A stretch of DNA of 64,000 nt from Phoronis australis (Eukaryota; Animalia; Phoronida). Both the position numbers and the translations under genes were made by a program. This document shows positions 13,224-23,772 of this stretch, in pieces. The stretch's first letter is position 1. Each line of letters starts with the position of its first letter. The DNA lies in the NCBI GenBank assembly GCA_002633005.1, contig NMRA01000273.1, positions 439,555 through 503,554 on the forward strand, read 5' to 3'. Below the pieces are notes generated by a model that was not told where the DNA came from, ran no database searches, and was given only the letters and a program-made list of their open reading frames with translations.

Positions 13224-13482
13224 CTTCTGTCGGCACGTAGTGCACGGAATAAGCCACAACACCGAGCGTCCTCGATTTTAGCCACGACACGCGTAAGCTG
13301 ATGCTTCCCGGGTCTTGGATCGGCGTTGCCGTCAAGTTAGTCGGAGGTTCGACAGAGAATGTTGCTGTGACAGTGACAACTGCATAAGCAGTAATGATGC
13401 CTGCGTCATTCTCTATAACACACTGGTAGTACCCATCATCTTCCAGCACTACACTGTCAATGACCAGATGACCATCCTCCAC
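13224..13482 (-). CDS. PRTG: Protogenin-like exon, Ig4 C-half plus FN3-1 N-half
   Basis: Acceptor ttctccaacag|GTG and donor G|gtaact. Length 259 nt, phase 0-1. Translates VEDGHLVIDSVVLEDDGYYQCVIENDAG...VEPPTNLTA...VSWLKSRTLGVVAYSVHYVPTE. The AYSVHY motif is characteristic of PRTG FN3-1. Confidence 0.92.
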
Positions 13483-14363
13483 CTGTTGGAGAAAACATAC
13501 ACAACTTGTACACATACTGTGTCATCTTTCGAAACCTCCGTCTTGTCTGGAACTCGTTTTAGTGGAAGCTTTACAACAAATAAGCATCACTAATTTAACA
13601 CAATTACTCTAGTTGATGCACGAAACCGAGCTTAATAACAGCATACCACCTTGAAATGGATATTTTAGACTTGGCTTGATTACTACCGTATAGTACCATA
13701 CTCATCTAGTTAAACACACAGTCATGCTAATTCGTCATAACGCTCACCTTGATCTTTGACCTCCCCAAATTAAGCGCCCCTGGCATTAACCCGGTGGAGC
13801 ACAATTCATTGATGTTATACAAGGTCATGACCCCTTCAATAGTTAACACAAAAACAGTTGCTACGCACTACACAAAAATAGGTTTATCTTGATTAAAGCT
13901 TATAACGGAGGAAGTTTCAAGTTAAAAATGACCAATCCAACCTTCAACTAAATAATAAATTAAAGCGATTAGATTTCACTTGTGTAGGACAATAGTGACC
14001 AAATAGCAGGCAGTCTGTTGTAAGTTTCAAAGTATCTCAAGTGTCCAGTGTCAATGTTTCAGAAATGCTTTTCTTGATCCAATCAACTACAGAGTGACAA
14101 AAAACTTATAGATTGTACAAAAGAAATATAGCACTCAGGACACAATTTGAAGGGCAAGTGAATTTGTTTTCATAAATAATAATTAGCAGGGCATTATAAT
14201 TTACCGTTTTAACTATTTTTCCACAACCAGTATCATAAAGCATCAGAAGTTGTGGCTACACACAACAATACAAGAAGCATGTGAAAAAATTACAGCCAGC
14301 TATTTTTGGCCAGAATTCGCGAGATTTTACCGTAACCAAAAAGTACAGTCTTGTACAACTCAC

Positions 14364-14515
14364 CTGAACCCGACCTGTTTTACTGACTGAAACGCCGTTG
14401 ACCAACCACATGACCCTAGGCTGTGGTGTGCCCCCATCCACTCCACAGTGCAGCTCCAGCCGGTCTTGAACATTCGCTTCAGTTGCAGCAGGCTTCTCAG
14501 ATAGACTGGCTTGGC
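14364..14515 (-). CDS. PRTG: Protogenin-like exon, Ig4 N-half
   Basis: Weak AAG acceptor (ggtttatgaag|GC) and donor CAG|gtgagt. Length 152 nt, phase 1-0. Translates (S)QASLSEKPAATEANVQDRLELHCGVDGGTPQPRVMWLVNGVSVSKTGRVQ. The 5' boundary is less certain than for the other exons. Confidence 0.83.
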
Positions 14516-15323
14516 CTTCATAAACCAACATGCAATGTGTGAGTGAATATTTTACATTAAAAGTTCAACAGATTGGGACAGTGAAAAAATAATCATTTTC
14601 CTCAAGGTCGGGGCTTGAATCAAATTTTTGAAATGAGCCGTATTGACCATCCCAAATTCAAGAATCCTCATCTATCAGGGGCGTATGAAAACATTACGTA
14701 AGCGGCTATTTTCAATATTATTAACTGCCAAGTCTATTTTGTTATAACACACAGTGTGCGATATGTGACAAATATAATGAATGCCAACATCCACCTGTCT
14801 CCCAATCTTCAGAATCGAGAAGAAAAATCAATCTTGGCTTAAGTTTCCAAGTCCCAAAATTTAAAGGCTGTATCAAACTCACGCCACAGCTTCGTATAAG
14901 TTGTGGTTCTCAGCACATCTATATCAATGTTGTTTTGAGAGTTGCCCCAGTCATTGTCTACCAACACCACGTCAGCGACTGGCTTTAACAACAGTCTACA
15001 GTGATGATGTTTCAGAAAAAACGGGTCCCTAGTCGCTGCCCCATACACAACACATCTCCCAAGTTAGCAATGTTGAATCATCCTGTTGAAACAATCAATG
15101 AAACTCTATTGTGTCTACAGTGCTATCATCGTAATTAGAAATACTTACTTGTCATATCAAAAAGCCAAAACATTGAACATGAACAAAAACAACAGTCTTC
15201 AAAGATGTCATTGCAAGGACTTTAACACGTGACCACAACAGTCTTATTTGGAATGAGTGGCCTTAATCACTATGCCACAATAACATCGTGGTCATCTCCT
15301 CTGGTCAGTACAAGTCTACTTAC

Positions 15324-15473
15324 TGGTCACAGTCAGCAAGGCTGAGGCTGTTATAGCTTGACTAGAATGGTCGCTGTCCACTTGACATGTGTAAACCCCA
15401 CCATCTCCCACCCGTACATTTTGAAGAAGTAGACTAGATACACCAACCTTCGTACCTTCCACTGACTTGCCCT
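15324..15473 (-). CDS. PRTG: Protogenin-like exon, Ig3 C-half
   Basis: Acceptor ttcttacag|AG and donor A|gtaagt. Length 150 nt, phase 1-1. Translates (E)GKSVEGTKVGVSSLLLQNVRVGDGGVYTCQVDSDHSSQAITASALLTVT, with the DxGxYxC motif. Confidence 0.9.
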
Positions 15474-18400
15474 CTGTAAGAAAATGCTGAGATGCAGTGT
15501 GTGAACAGAGATCATTGACAACTACCAATGCATTTTAGGAAACCTGTGCGTAGTCGCATGAAATGGTTCCAGCACATTTGTGAACTTTGCATAAACACTG
15601 ATTTTCCTTTCTTCTACTGTTTTATCTTCATCGCTTCGCATGTTTTAACTTTGATACACAGGGTGACTAAACTCTTTGTTGAATCCTTAATAATATCGTT
15701 ATTAAACAAGACCTTTCCATGATATGTCCTTAATTTAAGGACACAGTCCTTATTTATTGTCATTGAAATAAGAGCTCAGTTTAGTGTCCATATGTATTAA
15801 TAGTAAACGTCGCAAGTAAGAGCGGCTCACAATGAAGACAAAATGATGGAAAAATACAATGTCAGTAAATAAATAAAGTTTACATTGATGTGCTGTGTAG
15901 CGACAAAAATTAATTAGGTTTTTATACCAGGACCATTTTTCAGCCTTTTTTCTAAACACTCACTGTGGCAACTACCCTGTGACACAGCGCCATTTATACT
16001 GAAAGTGGCCCTGTGGACACGTGATGAATGACACACGGCATTCCGTGTGTAGGCATCAATGCGCACGCTTGGTCGGAAGTTTATTGATCACATCGCCACC
16101 ACTTGCACATGCCTTAAGTGCTCTGTTCTTGTTGAGCTTCGCCACGGGATCGGGGTTCCCTTGATTTTGTTTACCTCGATCACTGCACATTTTAATAAAT
16201 TGCAACTATTCAAGTCAAAGGTGGTTGCCATACTCCCAGATTTCAACCAATGGGAATGACTGAACGTCATGATGTCGGTTTCCAATGAGAAGCCATGATA
16301 AACAACACTCCACAGTGCTACTTATCATAGCACTGTGAAAGAGTGTGTATGGCAACAGACAAATGAAAAATACAACAGTTAACAAGGTACACATTAAGGC
16401 ATTAAGTAGCATTCCCATAGATAGTACACAAGTATTTCCTGTTTCAATACTGAGTATAGTAGTGGCACTAGACACTGGTGAAGAACCCAACATGATATTA
16501 TAAGGATTTTGAGACTTGCTATTAAGAAACAAGAGCAATGTAGAGCATTGATATGAACCAATCGTGTGCATCGCACAAAGCGCAGTTACAAGAGATAATC
16601 ATTATTTTAAACATTTCTACTAAACAGAGCTTACAATAGAACTTCTTCAATTGGGGATAAAAATAATCGCTCAAATTGCCACATTTCTATTTTTCTGTTG
16701 CTATTGTTGCAAATGCTCAAAATTTTATCAAATATTGTTTGGTAATATCTTCGCCATACAGACAGTGCTAACATCAAAATAAATTTTCCTACAAACACCT
16801 CTTGAGAAATTTGGCAAAAAAATTCACCTATTTGCCATAATGTATCCCAAACAGATTTTTTCCGCAATAATATAGGGGCTGCCAAGCATGGCAGAAATGA
16901 CACAGAGGAAAACACAAACAAATAAAATTGCCACCATGGGGCACAGTTGCATTTGGATCCACACAAAAATTGACTAGTGCCATCAAATCCATAATCGGGG
17001 CATGTTCGCAAAATTTCAGGAACATCCATCAAGGGGTTTTGGAGACATAGCAGCGGACATCGGATGGCGACGATGGGTGCAGTGTTGTTCTAACAAAGAC
17101 TAGCTAATGTACACTGGTTTGGGAAAAAATTGCATCCAATATATCTGCACAAAACCATGTTGACACGCTAACTAATGAAGGATAATTTTCAGCCTTGATC
17201 CCTCACATCATAGGTTTGCTGTTCAGCTAATCTTATAGCAAATCATTAGTGCAAATGTACAGAGACAAGTGGAGTCAACTTTCTACAGGCATACATCCTC
17301 AGGGGACAACCAAACCCCCCACCACTGTTACTGGGGGATTTCTAGGATGTATTTCACGTTTTCAAATTGGTTCAGTTTTCTATAGTCCTCACAAACTTCG
17401 GCATAGTCTAATTTTGTACCAAGATATTTGGGTCGCGGCACCTGGAGTATATTTCACATCTCAATCAACAGTCGAGTTTAATTAAAGAATAATAATAGAA
17501 CTTGTGACATTGACACACCAACAATTCTAAAAGTAGGAAAATAATATTTTCCTGAGAAAAAAAACGCTTCTTCAATTTCAGATCCGTTAGCATATATTTC
17601 ACAGAGATTAAAAGTCCTCACTTACTTCAAAATCATGATTTTAAAACTCAATTTGAGGCAAAATTATTATTCTCAAAGTCTATAAATATAATGTTTTAGA
17701 TGGCATCATTAATCACTTTGTCAAATTTCCGTATGAATATGCACGTTTTACACATGGCACATAGGAGTTTCAGAGGCCAAGGCAGTAGCCTATGGCCATT
17801 GGGGCAAATTCAAGTGATTTATTGTAACCCATTTCAATTCAAACAAAGGATTACAACACCATCATTGCATTAGAGGAACAAATACGCCTAAAAAGAAAGT
17901 TGATGTGTTTAACATACTGTTTGAATAGTTTTTTGAAAATTAAAAAGTACTTTTTATGAACAAAATAATCATTTTTCTTTGCTTTTATTCCAAACACGTT
18001 GGATACAGAAATTTTACACATTTTAAAGAGCCTTTCCAGCCTACTTTAATAATCAGTAACTGGACAAAAAGTGCCGCTTTAAATACCCAAGGAGCTTTAA
18101 ACCTGTCGCAGCACTTGCACTCGGTTATATGAACACATTACTCAATAGAAAAGACATTAATTACTAAATAGAAACACTAAAAACAAGCCTTGGCCTTTTC
18201 AATTAACCATGCTATTACATTGATTGAAAACAATTTGACATCAAAGCAAATGGTTGCTTTATGAAGTAATAGGTTGTAATCAGCATGCAGTGTCGCTGAC
18301 CTCTGTGCCTCACGTTCACTGGTTTCATCTCTCCACTCTGATTGAACATAGCCTATCACTAAATGCTTACAAGAAACTTTTTCAAAAACTGGAGATGCCT

Positions 18401-18691
18401 TAAATAAAGAGAACAGACGGACACTGCGGCAAGAAGTCTAAGATTCACTGGCCACAGCAGTCCACTAAAATCCCTCAAAACATCATGTTTTTGCCAACGG
18501 CAATAACAAAAAAAAGACTTCAGCTGGAATACTGTGATTTCAGGCATAAAGATCCATTTTGTGTTCTATATATGGTAGAATAGTTCCATCTACTTTCAAT
18601 CTGTAACTAGTTTATTAGTGTTTTGAAAGATTATCAAACTTGGAAGAATCAAAAAATGACTATAAAATTTACACTGTTCATTTTATATATA

Positions 18692-19748
18692 CCGTAAACG
18701 TTCCGGTTAACGCCCTGGGCGGTTAAATTGGCAAACCCAAAAAAATCGGGGGTGGGCGGTTAACCAGACATGGGCGCTTAAACGTGAAACTTCAAAAAAT
18801 CCAGGGTGGGCGGTTAACCGAACATGGGCGCTTATTACGACAGGCAAGCGCCCTGGGCGATTAATCTTACCTCGTGATCTAAGTAACCACACCACACACG
18901 TAAGCCTACTCAGTACGCGTAGCACTTTTCAAAGAGCATTATAGTCACGTCGCCACGTGACAGGAAAAATGTCATAACAGCGGATGATCCTAACAAAGGT
19001 CATCATGACCACAGATTAGTTATTCACTATTAAATTTACAGAATTGCTGAGTAATAGCCCCGTGCCGTCCTGCGGTCTTGTTATTTAGCACTGTAGAGCG
19101 CAGACGACCAGTGACCACGCAGCCTTGGATTGCAACTATTTCATCTTGCTAAAGTGCGTGCGTGCAAGCTTCACGTGTTGCAGAGATCATAGCAGACATC
19201 AAATTTATGGTTACAGTCTCGTACTAGCTGCCAATTTCATAGTCAGAGAGCAGATTTAAAACTGGTTGTAATAAAAGTATGAAAACCTTAATTCAGATGT
19301 TTTTTGTGTTTGGGATGTTTATAGTTAACACTCCGTGACTCAATGACATTTTCAGCGTATGGTTCTGTGGCTTGCTGTTTTATCTCGACTGCCCGGCATT
19401 GCTCACTTGCCGTTGCGCCTAACATGCTCGGCAAAGTAGGCCCAAGACAAGAATCGGGGTTAAGCGGCCGTGTGCCACTCGTCAATTAAGAATAAAATTT
19501 CGAGCCACGGCATAAATATGTGATAAAACGCTACAAAACAGCGATGTTTCAATTCATAAACGATCACCTTACCAAACTTCATGGTGGAAAAATATTTATT
19601 TTTCATGCAAGATGTCCAGATTATCCTATTTATATCACTTGCAATATCGCACTGCGGCACTGTTCGGTCCCGTTGTTAGCGCGCAATGTCTCAGTCGGCT
19701 GACAATCGTGACTTGGAAATGCCGTCAAGTAATATAACGGCCTCTTTC
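18692..19748 (+). mobile_element. Tc2/pogo-like (Tc1/mariner superfamily) non-autonomous element, copy 1; left ~1 kb, runs into gap
   Basis: TA|CCGTAAACGTTCCGGTTAACGCCC terminus. Colinear with 23773-~24825 up to the N gap. No right end is visible after the gap. Confidence 0.85.
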
Positions 19749-20991
19749 NNNNNNNNNNNNNNNNNNNNNNNNNNNNNNNNNNNNNNNNNNNNNNNNNNNN
19801 NNNNNNNNNNNNNNNNNNNNNNNNNNNNNNNNNNNNNNNNNNNNNNNNNNNNNNNNNNNNNNNNNNNNNNNNNNNNNNNNNNNNNNNNNNNNNNNNNNNN
19901 NNNNNNNNNNNNNNNNNNNNNNNNNNNNNNNNNNNNNNNNNNNNNNNNNNNNNNNNNNNNNNNNNNNNNNNNNNNNNNNNNNNNNNNNNNNNNNNNNNNN
20001 NNNNNNNNNNNNNNNNNNNNNNNNNNNNNNNNNNNNNNNNNNNNNNNNNNNNNNNNNNNNNNNNNNNNNNNNNNNNNNNNNNNNNNNNNNNNNNNNNNNN
20101 NNNNNNNNNNNNNNNNNNNNNNNNNNNNNNNNNNNNNNNNNNNNNNNNNNNNNNNNNNNNNNNNNNNNNNNNNNNNNNNNNNNNNNNNNNNNNNNNNNNN
20201 NNNNNNNNNNNNNNNNNNNNNNNNNNNNNNNNNNNNNNNNNNNNNNNNNNNNNNNNNNNNNNNNNNNNNNNNNNNNNNNNNNNNNNNNNNNNNNNNNNNN
20301 NNNNNNNNNNNNNNNNNNNNNNNNNNNNNNNNNNNNNNNNNNNNNNNNNNNNNNNNNNNNNNNNNNNNNNNNNNNNNNNNNNNNNNNNNNNNNNNNNNNN
20401 NNNNNNNNNNNNNNNNNNNNNNNNNNNNNNNNNNNNNNNNNNNNNNNNNNNNNNNNNNNNNNNNNNNNNNNNNNNNNNNNNNNNNNNNNNNNAAAATACT
20501 ATACTAGTGAGCTAAAGAAGTAATGTGCACGTGATTATTTTGGTGAAGCCACGAAACTGCAAATCTACTAAGGCCTACTCGTCGGGGGCCGTGAATTCAG
20601 GTTCCCGTTTGGCCACAGAACCGCCAGGGCAGAAGTTGTACATTGACAATCATTATTTGAATAATGTATAAGTAAATAAAGATTCCCCTAACACCTGGCC
20701 GTGGGATGGAATATCGAGTTATTGTTTCACAAGAGATTCTGTCAGCAAACACTGAATTGCTTGCGCTCACACGGCCTCGGTGTCCGGTCAAATTAGTTTT
20801 ATTGCACCTAAAGCCGGTAACGCATTAATTTATTCATTGCTGGCTTCTCAAATCATTTGCACTCACGAACACTCCAAAGGCATTACAAATTGCATCTAAT
20901 GGGACACACTTTCTTTCAGTTTTATATATAAGTATTGGTTCGTTTGAGAATAATTCATTTTGAAACAGAACGCTTAGTAATAAACGTCAAC

Positions 20992-21213
20992 ATGGCAACT
21001 CGCAATCCCGACTTGGAGGAGTATTCATCTGACGAAGACTTCCCAGGTAGATCGTTAGTTTTCTCAGGATATCTGTTCGAACCAGCTAGAGTACACTGAT
21101 CAAGAAGTATTAGAGAAGCGCCGTGAACGTGCACAAACAATGGAGCACATGCATAGTTCCGAAAACCGTCTCATGGTGTCAGTGCGCTAACTGCACCATA
21201 ATGGAAACAACTG
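20992..21213 (+). pseudogene. KolX / P2X7-ballast (Nanor-like) Cys-rich protein N-terminal relic, frameshifted and truncated
   Basis: ATG in caacATGG context. Translates MATRNPDLEEYSSDEDFPGRSLVFSGYLFEP, then after a 4-nt insertion EYTDQEVLEKRRERAQ...SSENRL, then after a frameshift SWCQCANCTIMETT. This fits the YxFEP...RL...WCxCxxCxxMxT pattern of P2X7-C-terminal-like proteins. Confidence 0.65.
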
Positions 21214-21529
21214 ATCCACGTTTCTTTGCTTCCTGCCTGCCGAACGCAAACACACTAGGCACAGTATCTGACTTGAGCCTCGGTTGCTTTTTCTACCCTG
21301 GCATGAGCTGTTTGGCAAGCCGGAATTCATCAGTGAAATCACTGTCCACGAAATGTCGGCCACAGACACGGAGGTGTTTCACGGCCTCGTACTTGGTATG
21401 AACTCCGTACTTGTCCTTTTTCACTGCCGCGAGCCACCTCCGAAGCATTTCGGGCTCTCGAGGAAACAATGTACCCGCTTTCCTCGCCGCTTCATAGTTC
21501 GAACAGGCAGGAACGACACACCACACCAT
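21213..21529 (-). pseudogene. THAP-domain N-terminus of a transposase (Kolobok-like), with an in-frame stop and truncated
   Basis: ATG in ccgccATGG context. Translates MVWCVVPACSN...LFPREPEMLRRWLAAVK...LRVCGRHFVDSDF...MPG*KKQPRLKSDTVPSVFAF. The C2CH ligands, FP, W and the AVPTIF-like box are all present. A TAG at 21293-21295 interrupts the frame before the box. Confidence 0.88.
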
Positions 21530-23772
21530 GGCGGAATTCACTCTGCATACGAACCACTGACGTCGCTGCGGACTTTCTCACCTTCCTCACAGGCTAACGC
21601 GACACCTCTCGGCAAGGTAAGGTCGACCGTGTACGAGCCGATGTGGCCCCAGACCGATTAAGACGGTAAAAAAGACTAATTAAATCGGGTGGCATTAGCC
21701 TTTAATGTGAATGCACTATTTTCAACTGTGGCTCAATCCAACCAAAGGACAGCTTAAAACAGAGGTTACCTAAAATGGCAGTTAGGTGGTCAGATGGCCA
21801 TAGCTGTTAGGTCATTGACACCCTCCAAATAATATAATCAAAGTTATGCAGGCTATTCAGGGATAATAGGCAGGGTCCATTAAGACCAGATCTTAATAGC
21901 ATGAAGCAGTCATTAGCAGGCCACAATTCACATTATGGACTATTGATGTCAGATGGTGAGTTCATAAGGTGTGGGAAATAGCTTTTTGGACAGGGGCCTG
22001 ACCAGCACAAGCGCAGACAAAGAGGTCTTTTGCTGTACTAAATGTGCTAGGTTAATACCTTGGCCATTTGAATTGCCAATTTTCAATAATAGCCAAAACA
22101 TGAGATGAAACACGCAAGGTTTCTAGATGGCAATTGAGCATTTTTAATAACAAGAACAGTAAGCACTTTTGTAATTGTCACACAAAAAATCCCTACATGT
22201 TAGATATACCATTCACACACCATTCAAAAAAGTTGCAATTTATGGTAATACAAGTCAGGTGTATGAGAAATTCAGTTTAAAACTTCATTCATCGACCACA
22301 TGGTTTCTAATTTCATAACTTTGCCATTTTACAATCAACGTTTTTTCCGTTTCAGAATAACTGAGTAGTAGGATTACCCAGCATTTTATAAAAAATCGTG
22401 ATCAACATACCGTCAAAACTGACACTCTTGTGCACACGGATATTCAAATGAATCGCACAAAAATGCCTTATGTCTCACAAATGAACTAAATTGCATTTTG
22501 CCCCAGTCAACACACCCATCTTGAAACTGGGTCAAGTGAAAGTCACTTTCATGTTCTCAAAATACTGGAGAATTACATGTCCAAGGTTTGGAGTTGAAAG
22601 AAACAAAACCAGGGGTTGGCATTCAGCTGAATACAACAAGAACACTGGTGTCCAAAAGTTAATCTTTTGAAGATTCTGAAGGTATGTATTTAATTGAATG
22701 CGGGGCATGCACTGCACCTCATACACATGGTGTGCACATGGACTCATTCCAACCCTTTGCACATAAAAACGATCAACTAAGTCTGTTACTCTTCACAACC
22801 AGATTGGGCAACACAAGCAATGCTTATGTATTAAAATTGACCAAATCATCTAGTCACGAATATTTTTCAGTTACCAAAGCCGCTAACCATGTTCTGATGC
22901 AAAAAACAACAGCTTTCTTGAAAGGCACATCTGCTCATCGAAAGCAAAGTTATTGCAATGTTATCCTTTGTTCCAATTTAAAGAGTTTATAATGGACCTC
23001 CTGGGACTCCCTTAGCAGCCATGTTGATGTGGCATGAAACCAACCCGCTGTTACAAGCAACCATATAAGTATGGTCTACAGCAATAAGGAATAGTGAGTT
23101 CTAGTGAGAAATCAACACTGACCTTAGCAAGGAGCAAGTCAAGGCCAATCTCATAACAGTAAGTGTCCACAACTAAAAGAAGGTGTGGTTTCATCGCCCC
23201 TTTAACTTTCACCATTATACAGACCTTCCTTGACCAGTGAAACATTGCTCGCTGTAAGCTAATTGTCAACCTTCATGGAACTTCTATAATTTCATTTTTC
23301 ATTGCTGCAGATAACATCCGAACCCATTTTTAGATGACAAATGTGGAAGTTGACAGGCATAATATGAATGTGGGAAATCAATATCATAAAAAAGTTTCTA
23401 TTTTTAACATCTGAATACACCCAAGCACAAAAAACACTTGTTCAGGATGGGGGTGCTTGTCAGACAAGGGTGCCAGGTCACTGCCTGATTGCATTTCAAT
23501 AGGTACGTCTGATGCCCTACCAACATCTAAGTCACATTTACATGAGAGACGGTTGTCACTGTTACGCAGCAACTAACACAGAACAGCTGATAGGATGCGT
23601 AAACACGACTGACATGACGCAAGTTGACACTGCTACGTCCATTTGTGACACTAATTTGAGAGGTAGAACAAGTTGTACTCAATCAGTTGCTCCAATTTCA
23701 GCAACAAGTCAAAACACAAACTGGGGCAAGGCCGAGGGGATCATCTCTGTTATACACTTGGGTAATAACATA

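Larger units (their letters stand above)
20493..21701. mobile_element. Internally deleted Kolobok-like DNA transposon (left boundary uncertain, possibly in the gap)
   Basis: Convergent KolX-like and THAP relics. Candidate right terminus ...GGCATTAGCCT followed by TTAA (21702-21705). No matching left TIR was found. Confidence 0.6.

Noticed and set aside
19686-20507. 273-aa ORF
   Set aside because: Almost entirely N-gap translation.
20568-20600. ctaaGGCCTACTC as the left terminus of the Kolobok-like element
   Set aside because: There is no TTAA and only about 5 bp match the right end (AGGCTAATGCC), which is insufficient.
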